A DNA stretch of 64,000 nt, taken from NCBI GenBank assembly GCA_964188305.1, contig OZ076885.1. The stretch is one strand, 5' to 3'. The stretch comes from Podarcis bocagei (lineage: Eukaryota). The notes beneath the pieces were generated by a model. The model saw only the letters and a list, made by a program, of their open reading frames with translations. It made no database searches and was not told the origin of the DNA. This document shows positions 1 to 11,417 of the stretch, piece by piece (within the stretch, counting starts at the first letter, position 1; each line of letters starts with the position of its first letter). The position numbers and the translations under genes were made by a program.

Positions 1-3000
1 GGCTATGCAAGGCTACCAGTAGTGTTGTTGAAACTTGGCATGTCTCTCACCTGCTTCCTTCCACATTTAGCCTGTTACCATGTTGTGTTCCCATAAAATG
101 TTGTAAAAATTTGTCCCCTCCTCCATCTACAAACCATGGGGGCATCTTTCTTCTCTCTGGTCTCCTACTTTTTACATTCTTTTTTTACATTCAGACCTTG
201 TAATACTTCCTCCAAAATTAATGCACAGGCTTTGTATCTTCTTCCTAATTACCTCACATGGTCATTTGTGAGTATAAAATGGGGGTATGTTCCTTTGAGC
301 CCCTTGTTGGAGGAAAGGTGGGTGATAAATGAAGTAGAAAAATCTATTTTCTTTTTTTAAAAAAGCACTGAACACTGCAGAAACCTTATATACCTTTCTC
401 CCTCAGTCCACCCAACACACAAATTGCAGTATGCCCCACAAAACTCTACCGTGGCCCTCTTAAGTTATGTTTTCCCATTGAATTGTTTTAGAGGCTTTTG
501 GAAAGAATTTCTTGCACATTAAGTTAGAGATGAAAGGGCTTCTACCAGGCACACATAATTTATTGGCTCTTTGTTTTAGGTACCCAGGTCCTACTTTTAG
601 GCGCAGAGTAAGGCAGCCACTTCAGGTAGTTGGTTTTTGGATGTATTGAAAACGCAGCGGATTGTAGGTATTTAATATATTGTTATATTTCCACTCACGC
701 GAGTCACGTTTGTGCTGCCAAAATAACTCGGCAAGCACTATGCATCTTGGGTGCTTTGTTCAGCCTTCAGGCAGCAAAATGTCTTGGGCCAGTCCTGCAG
801 ATGCCCAGTACTCCCTGTTCTTAGAGAGCAGTGTCTCTCTCACCTGCCTATGTAAACACATTTCTGAATAAGCTTGGAGTCCTCCAGGGCACGTCTTTGA
901 CTTTATGCAACCTGTCCCACTCCAGATTGTCTCCGGAGCCTCTTGATAGCAGTCTCCCCTTGTTCCAGTTCTGAGCTCTAGGTCCTGGGATGGTTGCTCC
1001 AGTTGTCCACTGCTCCCCTACCTCCTCCTACAATCTACGCAATTCCGAAGCCATATGTGAAAGCTTTCACGTTAATTTGGAAAAGTGTGGATAACTGTGT
1101 AGCTCATACTGCTCAAGGAAAATGTCTACACTTCAAATATGACATTCTTTAAACACAGCCAGTGAACGGCTGCCAAAACTTTAAAAGTTCAAAAACCAGA
1201 TGTTTCTGGGGTTTGTGATCCTTTACCAGGTGAATGACCACAGGAGGTTCTTCTTGGGGAGCCATGACAGCACTTGCTTCCATCATAATCTACAAGCCTG
1301 TACCCTTGGGCCATATTGCTATGTTTTTTATCTTCTCATCATGTTTGCCATAAAGAGAGCCAGTATCTTAAGAGATGCCGTCTGAGACAGAGCAGCTGTT
1401 TGCTTAGTAGGTGAGCCTGTCTGGACTGCATTTGTCTGTTCTTATTAAACCTCGAAGCAGCTGATGTTTTGGCAGAGCTGATATTTTCGCCTTGGATTAC
1501 TCTGTCTGATGTGGATGTTGGCTGATGTAGTTCCATCCCAAGATATTTTGGAAGCGTTAATCAGAGCAGGAAGCATTGTAATACATTATCTATTTATGGT
1601 TTAATGCAGGATGAATCTTTATCCAGAATTTAATGAATTGTCCTGAGAGAGGCAAAACCTATTTCAACGTACAAAATACACCCGCTCTTCTAGTTGCTTA
1701 AGATACCTTTATGTTGCGCCAAGGGGCTTTTATCCTATAGATTCATCCTATTATGGACTTTCTTGGTCAAATGTGTCAGCCCAATATTAGGTCTGGCTAC
1801 CTAATGAACAGAGGTCAGGAATGTGCTGAGCAAAGTTATATCCCGATCATAAAGAATGTTGTGAAAGGAAATAAGACACTCTGTTTCCAGGTAAGTATGT
1901 AGATACTGCCCTCTTGGCAATGCCTGTTGCTGCCTTTCGATCCTGCACAAAACTGACTTGAGGACAGGCTCAAGTGAGTAGCCATGAAACTTGCTGGGTG
2001 GCCTGTGTCTCAGCTTAACATCCTCTGCAGGGTGGCTGTGAGGATAAAATGGAGCAGGGAGGAGAACCATGTATGGCAACTTGAGTTCTTTGGAAGAAAG
2101 GTGGCATCTACATTGACATACTCGATAAGTATCTGAATAGAGGTGGTTAACTCATTTTACCTTTCAAATCCTGGCTGTGGCATCTTCAGCTGTGCTGGGA
2201 GTTTGTATGTTTTTTGCTACATACTGGAATGCAAGGAATGTTCTTTATAAAGAATTCAGCAATTGCATGGAACTGTGTCACTCTTATTGCTTGATTTTCA
2301 TTTGTTGTGATAAGGGTGAACTGTTGACTTTTCATAAACTGTACAATACTTTTTCCAGTGCATGGGAAGAAGTAATGGGTGTATTAATTGTTCGTCAACA
2401 GTGAATCTGAAGAACATGATAGGATTGCCACCTTGCAGGCCTGGATGCGTACCTTAAAAAAAAAATCAAAAATTCCCAGTACAATGAGAGAACGTAGCTG
2501 TGTCTTCTCTCTTCTGTTCTCTTCCCTGGTTCTGATGTCTCTGCCTGTTTTGCCCTGGTATCTCACCCACCACAGCAGCCGATGGCAGGACCAGGATAAG
2601 AATAGGTGGGATATACAGGGGTTTAAAGGCAACTGAACTAGAAAATATGTCTGTTTTACATATTTAAAAAATGTGCATTTCCTGTTTTGAAGGCAGGAAG
2701 GTAATAAGTAGCAGACAGCTCACTGAGTTTTGGATCTGATTTGTCTTTTGTGGAATTCCAGAAATATGCTGGAGTTGGATGGGTGGCAGTGGACTGACCT
2801 TACAGCTGGGATCAATTAATTCCCCTCTTAACCACCCCCTTCTCTCTCTCTCATATATGAGTGTAGAGAGGGGGAATGGGAAGATGTTTTCCCTTTTGCC
2901 ACGATTATATCCTAGGAAATTGAAGGTGTTCCAACTTAAATTTCATTTTAAAATCCTGTAAAATGTTTGTGGCTTAGACTTTGTCTGCAGTCCTAACCCC

Positions 3001-3184
3001 ATTTACCTGGGAGTAGACATGGTTAGGACTGCACTGTCAGCTGAGAAAATTGTAAGCTATGTGATACAATTGTGGCATGTTCTTATAGCTATGATGATTA
3101 GACAGTGCTTTGAAGTTCAAGGCAAGATCTAACAATACAATCACATTTCAATTACTTGTAATCTTAACCTGTTGTTCTCTTTAG

Positions 3185-3277
3185 TCCCAGGTGAATCACC
3201 ATACTTCTGCCAGTAATGAAACCTATCAAGAACGCCTGACAAGACTAGAGGGTGACAAAGAGTCTCTCATACTTCAG
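3185..3277 (+). CDS. PPFIBP2: PPFIBP2 exon, SQVNHHTSASNETYQERLTRLEGDKESLILQ (phase 0/0)
   Basis: ttag|TCC...CAG|gtatgc, 93 nt; in-frame alternative acceptor 6 nt downstream (cag|GTG at 3191). Confidence 0.93.
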
Positions 3278-4187
3278 GTATGCAATTTATAGCATCACCA
3301 TTTGCATTTGGAATTTATTGGTGTGTTTGTTGCTCATTGTGAAAAGCAGGAGAATAGAATATCATTATCTCACGTATTTTATATTCTGCTTTTCAGGGCA
3401 AGGACTATTTTTTAAAAATCCCTGTACCTACTTCAAATGAAAGAATTTTGGTCTTGGCCTGTGTGGTGTTGAATTCACTTTATTCTTTTAACAGTGTTAT
3501 TTGAAATATAATAAAAGTCTTATGCTATGTTTCTTGGGGGTTAATTGCAGCAACTGTTAGTTATTGTAGTGGTTGTTGTCAACTTTTAAATTCAATTTCC
3601 TGTCTGAAAATTCTACATATTTTAGATACACATATATATTAAAATATTTAAGTACTGAGAGAGCAGAAAACCTTAGGTCTCTATACTCTAAATTTCTGGG
3701 TCAAATAGATTGTGGATTCAACTAGATATCAGCAACAGTAACAAAAAACCCCCCAAAAATTCACATCCCTAATGGGCTATTGACTTTTAAGGGGGACCTT
3801 TTAAGTGTGACCCCATAGCCTTTAATAGTGTCTTGAAACTGCTTGACTGCTGCCTCTCTCTTTATCTCTGCCAGGAACATGTGTTCAAAGCTAGAACAAA
3901 GCTCACTTCAGCGTTTAGCAGTAGGAAAATAGTATCAGTCCATTTTGCATAGCCTAAAAAAATTGAAATTTGAGTGAGAAACTCCAGGCTGTAATGTTTG
4001 ATGGTAGCACCTCTTGTTCCCCTGCTTACTTTTGTCTGAAATGAAATGTACAATTGTTCTCAAACTTGGGAGTTCAGTTTTGGTTGGTGGTGCTCATTTT
4101 ATCCAAGAAGAAAGAGCTTCTCAGTCCAAAGTCTTAAAACAGAGAGGAGAAGGAAAGGAAAGATTTGTGTGATGGGCTTTTTGAGTA

Positions 4188-4428
4188 CAGTCGTACCTTG
4201 GCTCTCGAACGCCTTATGTCTCAAATGTTTTGGCTCCTGAACTCCCCAAACCCAGAAGTGAGTGTTCCGGTTTGCAAACGTTCTTTGGAACCTGAACATC
4301 CAACACGGCTTCCGATTGAGTGCAGGAAGCTACTGCAGCCAATCGGAAGCCGTGCCTTGGTTTTCTAATGTTTTCAGAAGTCAAACAGATTTCAGAACGG
4401 ATTCCGTTCAAGAACCAAGGTACCACTG
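4188..4428. mobile_element. Tc1/mariner-superfamily (Tigger/pogo-like) MITE
   Basis: TIRs CAGTCGTACCTTGG...CCAAGGTACCACTG with TA on both sides; inverted relative of the copy at 46878-47113. Confidence 0.85.
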
Positions 4429-7204
4429 TACTGTATTGTGTACAGGGCTTTTTCACCTGGAGCTCACCAAAGCTCAGCTCTGGCACTTCTCAGTGGGTGC
4501 CCTTGCCATTCTAAGAGAAAAAGGGAAATGTTCAGCACCTCTTTTTCTAGAAAAATAGAACAGCTTCTTATGCTGGTTACAATGTCCAGTCTACACTCTT
4601 ACCTTCCAACACGAAAATTACATTATGGGAATGTAACTCACAAGCTGTGTACACTGGTGTTCTACACGACGGACTGAAATGTGTGTTGAAATTAAGTCAG
4701 CGTGTTGGGTGTTCTTTGTATTGTTATGCAGAAATTATTTTCTCCCTCCCCAACACCCAAACATAAGCAGTGAAGGAGAGTGAAATAATTCACCAGGATA
4801 CTCTCATGCAGTCTGCACTGTGACTGAGAAGTATGGGGCAGTCCCAGAAGCATCATCACTGCTCAGAAAGCAATGGCTCATAGCTGAGTTATGAATAAAT
4901 GGGCAAGGAAAGCAGGACATGGCAAAATAATATCGCACAGATGCACATAGCTTCAGGATCAGGAAGAACCCAAAATGTATGTGTGGTGTGCAAGCTTGAA
5001 GTGTTCATCTGTTTTAATCCAAATAAAGCTAGTAAGATAAGGTATCTTATTTTCATGAATATTTTCACCTTCCTATGCACTGGCATTGCATATTCAGGGC
5101 AATTAGCTGAAGAGATGATCTGATCTGATCATAGTTGTGAGTTCCATGAGTATTATCAGTTCCTGTGCATCTGTTTACCCATTCAAAAGTACAGAAAACA
5201 ATGTGTGTGTCCTTGATGTTCATGTTACGAGCAGTTGGCTTAATTGTGCATTTTGTTCATTAATCAAACATACAGAAATCAGTGGGTAATTGATGTGCAT
5301 TGCTTGGATAATTTGCTTAATTGCTGCAAAGCAACTTTCATGGTTAAGCTGATGCATCAGGTTTTCTCAAGAATTTGATTATAATACATGCCACCAGTTA
5401 GGGCCATTGTTGAAAGCCGTGAAATGAGGAGTACGGTTTTTTACGAGAGGAATATTACAGTGCTTGCAGCATCTCTGTGTGATTCAAGTATCGCAAATGG
5501 TTCATTAAGAAACTATTGCAGTAATGTTTATAGCTTGTTTAATTGCTGTCATTCCTTTAGTATAAGATGTAATGACTACTAGGACACAGACCTTTTGACC
5601 AGCTTTTGCCTTAATAGGTGTTTATACTTACTACTCAAGAGGCATGAAGGGAATAGAAATATTTGAAGCAAGAATACATACATAATTAATATAGATTATG
5701 CCTTAATTGTAACTGTTAAGCGATATTGAGTTAAGAGATCATTTTTTTAGGGGGGAAAACAATATACCAGTAGACCCAGGGAATTCCCAATGTATTAAAA
5801 TAGTAGACGGACCATGCAAGACTGAAATTGGCCCACCAGTAAAGTAGACAGCGAACTCAAATATGATGCCCCTTTTCAGGTTGCACAAGTAGGGCTGTTC
5901 AAAATGTTAATATGTGAACATTTTTACAGTTGTTCATAGAGCTGAAATGCTACCCAAAGATTACGAGGAGGCAGATGCTAATTGTTAGTAGATTTTTTGG
6001 GGGGGGGGATTTGTAACTGGTTAATGAGGTGGTCCAGGGACTAGTGTTTTGTTTTCTGTCTCTTGTTTTAAAATGAAGGGGCAGCTTGACAACACACACT
6101 TGGGAAATGGGCCCACTAAAAAAAAAGAATAAGAGAATCAGCCCAATCTGTATCAAAGTTAGTAAAGAATACATTCACCACCACCCTCACATTTCAGAGA
6201 ACTTGGGGCCCTTCCCCTGGATACCTCAAAATGTCTCCCCTTGTTTCTATTCAAAGGTCTACTGAAGGTGGGAGAGAGGGTTTTATGCTGTCCCAAGCAC
6301 AGGATCACCCCCAAATATAGTCCTACTTACCAAGAGACAAAACTGCCCTTGGCTGCTTTTCCAGACTAAAGCTGCTTATATATAATTACTCTTAACTTTG
6401 GATAATTGGCTTCCTAAATAAGTAATGCCATTGTGATTTAGTTGGCATTGTTTCTAATGGACACAGGAGATTTGGATTTAAATCTCCGCTCAGCCCTGAA
6501 ATTCTCAAAGTCTGCCTTGGGAAGCTCACTCTAGTGCAAGAGCTTTGCCCCATGTTTGCCCCATATTTCTGGCTAGTCAGCTACATATTGCAGGTGAACA
6601 TTGTGTGCATATAGACATTTTCAAAGAATCACATCCGCCTAGACCGATTGGGTGAGACACCTTTTGAAATAGCCCCAGAAAGAAGGGCTACTCTGCAAAA
6701 TCAAGTGTCTCTCTCTTCAACATTCCTCTGTTGTAGCGGCCAACCAAAACTGTTGTGGGCATCACTTGGAATCCGAGCTCCATGAAATGATTTCTTAATG
6801 CAGCAGGCATCATTTTGGGGTTCAGAAATGGGAACTATGGCAAGAATCTAAAATTCCTAATTAAATGCAAATCCCTTCTGGATTCTATCCAGAAGAGCCA
6901 ATCCCGACATTGTCTGCTCTTCATGGACAAAGCAGATTTCAGTTCTGAGAAGTAAAAACTGTCTATGAGGTTTTGACATACAGGCTTCCATTGTTGGTTA
7001 TTTGCCTATTCCATACAACACAAAGCAGGAAAACATTCAGTTGGCAGAGATGCAGTTCATTAGATGTAATGTAGCTGGGCACAGGCATCTCTTTGCCTTA
7101 ATGTTGGCCACCCCAATTCTGCAGACCTGTGAAAGAATTAGCAGCCTGTCAAATGACAGTTGGTTTCCTATATGGTCAATGCAGCTAGAACTCTTTATGT
7201 TAAA

Positions 7205-7635
7205 TGTTGGAGATTACAAACCATACCAATAAAAAGAATGGGTTGGGGAAAACCTGGGAAGCCAGCTTAACATATTTTCTAAGAGGTTGAGAAAGAAGAG
7301 AAAAGACTGGAAAAATGGATGAAATCTATTGATTATAGTAAGGGATTTCAAACCAAACAAGCGTTATGGATTTAAAATGGAGTAGTATTTGTGAATCACT
7401 ATTTTGGAAAATAGCTATGTTTTATTTATTATGGGATAGAATAAGGAATCTATGGAAATGGTGCTTTATGTTTTAACATGGGATTATAGCAGGTAGGAGG
7501 ATTAATCTTCTGAATGAGCTTTTGGTTAGTAACATTATTGTTAAGTGATTATTAAGGGATAATGGTTTTGCTCACTTATAATTAATAATCTTACTCATTT
7601 TGTGTTATAATTATTTATGCTGTTGTGAAAACAAT
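7205..7635 (+). mobile_element. Degraded LINE (L1/Tx1-like) 3' end
   Basis: Purine-rich, Trp/Lys-codon-like segment, then an AT-rich tail ending in AATAAG and an A-run; resemblance only, boundaries approximate. Confidence 0.35.
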
Positions 7636-8857
7636 AAGATATATTTTTTAAAAAAGAACTTGTAGTCTGTCTGCCTACAAATCCTGGCTCTTGGCATGTG
7701 GATGACCTCAAAATGTGGAGGTGTTTCTATTTCAGCTTGCAAAATCTTTGTAAATCACAAGAGGTGGTTCTTCCTTTGCAAAGTAGAACTAGGTTAGCAT
7801 TTTTTTTAAAAAAAGAAGGCAGCTGGTTTTAAATATGACAGGGCTTGCTTTGCTACACAGTCAACTGCTTTCTCCCTAAATCTGGATTATTTGGAAAAAC
7901 CTACAATTATGTACTTTTACTGAAGTACAAAAGGTGTGTCTCTGACGCATACCACTGCAATATTTCTTTCCCAATTTTTATGTTAGCAAACTTCTCAAAC
8001 AAAGGAGGAGGCAGAAAAGAATATCAAGTCCTTGAAGCTCTTCAGTCCAGATTATTCCAGCGTTCAGGTTTAATTGGTTAAAAGAAATCTGGAGGTGTTA
8101 GTTCTGAGAGGTAGGAAGCCCAGGGAACCCTCTGACAATCCAGATTTGCAGAAGGCACACAAAGTCTGTTTGCTTGCTTGTTTGCTTGCTTGTTTGTTTC
8201 AGTTATATTAGCTACCATTGGGTTCCGCTGCTATTTATTTCTTGTTGTTCATGTTGTTTTCTGTAGCTGTGGGGTGACACCATTCTTGGATCTCCCTGAG
8301 AATTCTTACTAATTCATTCCCAACAATTCAGTGCCTAAACTCTGGCATTCATGTTTAAGCTTGTAATACTTTGAACCTGTGAAAAGCAGAGCACTGCCAA
8401 GGTTAAAACATGTCTTTTGCATATTACGTTTTTTAAACAGTCACAGAAAGCTTTGTTGATAGGTAAGCTGTTCCCGTGCTCTCGTAAGGAGAAAGGTAAT
8501 TGGTTGGCTTCCTACAAGACTCTTTCCCTTACGTTTCCCCCTTTCTAAGGAGAGAAGTGTTGGCAGAAGCTGAAAGGGTTGTGCGTGCTCAAAGCCCACT
8601 TAAAATATTAACAGGATTCTTCAGGGGCTTTTTCCCTTTGAAGGATTATTTACTGTAAATGCTAGTACATGATCTTCAGTGTTCTGTTTTCACATCAGCA
8701 TTTGTTTGTTTTTCTAGCCTTCCAAATGCCTCTTTATTAATTTTTTTTAAAATGTTGCTGGTATTTTTCTTCTTCTCCAAAGTGTGATGCAGTGACTTCT
8801 TAAGGTAAGTAGCAAACTGTCATTGAATGCTTTGAGGGGATTAAAAAAAAGAAAAGG

Positions 8858-9005
8858 CCTGTGTAGTGAGGTGTATGTTGGACTGAAGTCTGGGAAGGAG
8901 TGGGTTCAAATCCCTATTTGGAGATGAACTTTATCAAGATGACCTTGGTTCAGCTAGTTGCTGCCTTTAAACCAAATCTATTTTATCTGGCTGTTAGAGA
9001 ACATG
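8858..9005 (+). mobile_element. Old tRNA-headed SINE (MIR/Squam-like)
   Basis: B-box-like GGTTCAAATCC followed by a core-like gatgaccttggttcagc segment; a similar fragment lies near 6450-6540. Confidence 0.45.
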
Positions 9006-9164
9006 AAGAGATTATTCCATGCCACCACCCTATAAGGAAGAGTGGCCAACACATGTGGGTGGGTGCATATAGCTATGATTCGTTACTAACAGTAATGGCT
9101 TTTATCCCTGAAAGTATGGAATATTTCCTTTTTATGACTGTTCATTTTTTGTCCTCAATTGTAG

Positions 9165-9278
9165 GTGAGCGTCCTTACAGACCAGGTGGAGGCCCAAGGA
9201 GAAAAGATCAGAGATCTAGAAGTTTGCCTCGAAGGGCACCAGCTGAAACTTAATGCTACCGAAGAGATGCTTCAACAG
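9165..9278 (+). CDS. PPFIBP2: PPFIBP2 exon, VSVLTDQVEAQGEKIRDLEVCLEGHQLKLNATEEMLQQ (0/0)
   Basis: gtag|GTG...CAG|gtagga, 114 nt. Confidence 0.96.
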
Positions 9279-10075
9279 GTAGGAGGAGTGTGGGATTTAT
9301 AAGGAATTTTTTTGTGAATAAGCAGACTCCATGTACACATCTGGCTCTATAGTCCCTCGAGATAAATAGGCTGGAATTAGATATGTCTCTAGCCTCCTTA
9401 CAAATCAATTTTTATGAGTTGCTTTTGCTTTCTTGATTAGTTTGTGGTGTTCTATGTTTCAGGCATATAATGCTGTGACCAGTAGGCATGTAAATTGATA
9501 CCATTGTGTGTATTATTCTTCATTAGTGTGACAAAGAAAAGTCAACAAGAGGGCTGGATGTGGCTGAAAACCTGTTAAACTGGTTAGATGTTCTTTTTTT
9601 ATATAGCTGTAGAGGTTAACCTAATGAAATGGGTGGCTCAGAAGCTGTTTTCACAGAGTTTGGTTTGAGGTTTAAATAATGAGTGATTTTATCGAATTTG
9701 GGAAGTTTTAAGAGTTTTAATTGATATTCATTATTTTTAACTGAGCACCTGTGTCCGAAGGTCTCCTTATATGCAGCCATTTGCTCGCAAAAGCCCACCT
9801 TTCTACAGCAGCAGACAAAGAGGGGTCAGTCTTTGCAACTTGAAGTGACTTGCTGAGTAGAACAAAAGCAACTGTTAATACATAAAACAAATTCTGAGGG
9901 ATTTGTTCCTTGCAGTCTCCAGGCCTGCCTATAATCTTGGGATTCTAGAAGTACATCACACTCTGAGATCCTGGCACAAGGAAATCCCCGTTGCTTTTCT
10001 CCAACACTAGGAGCTGGCCCCTGTGTTGAAGCCCCCAAGCATGTGTTTCCTATATGCCTGCATATTCACATAAAT

Positions 10076-10148
10076 TAGAGGATAGCTCAGTCAGTAGAGC
10101 ATGAGACTTTTAATCTCAGGGTCATGGGTTCAAGCCCCATGTTGGGCA
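10076..10148 (+). pseudogene. tRNA-Lys pseudogene or tRNA-Lys-derived SINE head
   Basis: GGATAGCTCAGTCAGTAGAGCATGAGACTTTTAATCTCAGGGTCATGGGTTCAAGCCCCATGTTGGGC aligns to vertebrate tRNA-Lys; 5' acceptor stem broken and CpGs decayed to CpA/TpG. Confidence 0.85.
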
Positions 10149-10954
10149 AAAAATTTATGATTCAGATACTGGAGAAAATATGTGGCAAGCATGCTTCAAA
10201 AATACATTTTTCTGGAACATGTGAAGCATCCCATAAAAGCACACTAGTGAAAATGTGTTTGGTAATATCATCATTTGCAAGGGAAATTTAATTTAAATTG
10301 GTGAGTTGCATTAAAACAACAACCAGGAATAAGCCCTCCATGACCTTCTCTTATGAAGTACAGTATCTAAATTGCATGTTGCTTTCACTGCCCTGAAGTT
10401 GCTTGATAGCCCTAAGCAAGCCATGGTCTCTGCAATATGAGGATAGCAATACTGACACACTCAGCATGGTACTTGTACCATGTAAAACTTACAAGATAAG
10501 GTAGGTGGGGCGGCTTGAATATTTGTATAGCACTCTAAAGGTTAGGTGTCATTGTTCCTACACACAATTTGATACATGGTAGAATTTATCTTCTGTTTCT
10601 CTTCCGTACAGCAACGGTAGATCTTCTCAGACGTTTTAGTTGGGATATTCTTCAAGCTAGGACTGACTCACATAATCAAATACAACTGCCAGCAATATGT
10701 TTATAAATATATACTGTGTATATATATATAGTCTCCAGGCTTGGCTATATGGATTCAAAGATGCTAGTGGCAAAGTATTTCCTGGAGTGCAGTGTTGCAA
10801 GTACAAACTGTGGTTCAGCATGCCAACTCTCATTGCACATCAGGTTGGTTTTGGAGTTTAGTTTAATTGTGGCATTTGCCATGAGCGTTCTTGAATCTGG
10901 GCTGTTGTGCTCTAAACAAAAAGGCACAAACTGCACAGTCCTCACAATGTTAGT

Positions 10955-11417
10955 CTTCTTCTTCTTCTTTGGCAATCACTCATAGCCGAATAAAATTGTC
11001 TTCCATAAAGACGTTTTAACAATGAGTCCGTAAGTGACTGTGGAGACCAATTCTGGATCCACACGTCCTTTTACAGTGGGGAAATTGGTTTCTGGGCGGT
11101 AGTTGATTACGTTGTGGATTTGCCAAGCGTGCCTTCCTCTTAGCATGTTTCTCCCTTGCGGCTTGAGTTTGAGTGTCTTCAAAGCCCATTACACCTTTGG
11201 TAAAGGCTGTTCTCCAGTTGGAGCGCTCACAGGCAAGTGTTTCCCAATTGTTGGTGTTTATACTGCATTTTTTAAAATTTGCCTTGAGACAGTCTTTAAA
11301 CCTCTTTTGTTGACCACCAGCATTACGTTTTCCATTTTTAACTTCGGAATATAGTTGCTTTGGAAGACAATAATCAGGTATCCACACAACATGACCAGCC
11401 CAACAAACTGATGTCAA
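10955..11417 (-). mobile_element. 5'-truncated RTE-clade LINE (ORF C-terminus, 3' UTR, (GAA)n tail)
   Basis: ORF 11016-11432 has WAGHV...LPKQL...GKRNAGGQQKRFKDCLK...W.TLACERSNWR and a C-terminal CKRTCGSRIGLHSHLRTH zinc finger; TSD AATGTTAGT at 10946-10954 and 11418-11426. Confidence 0.92.

Noticed and set aside
136-3100. Short ORFs at the start of the window
   Set aside because: No recognisable protein similarity or convincing splice-site pair; consistent with a large PPFIBP2 intron
8900-9253. 117-aa ORF overlapping the 9165 exon
   Set aside because: SINE and intron sequence running into the exon in a non-coding frame
10076-10148. Functional tRNA-Lys(TTT) gene
   Set aside because: Acceptor stem cannot pair, conserved CpG positions are mutated, and no T-run terminator follows immediately
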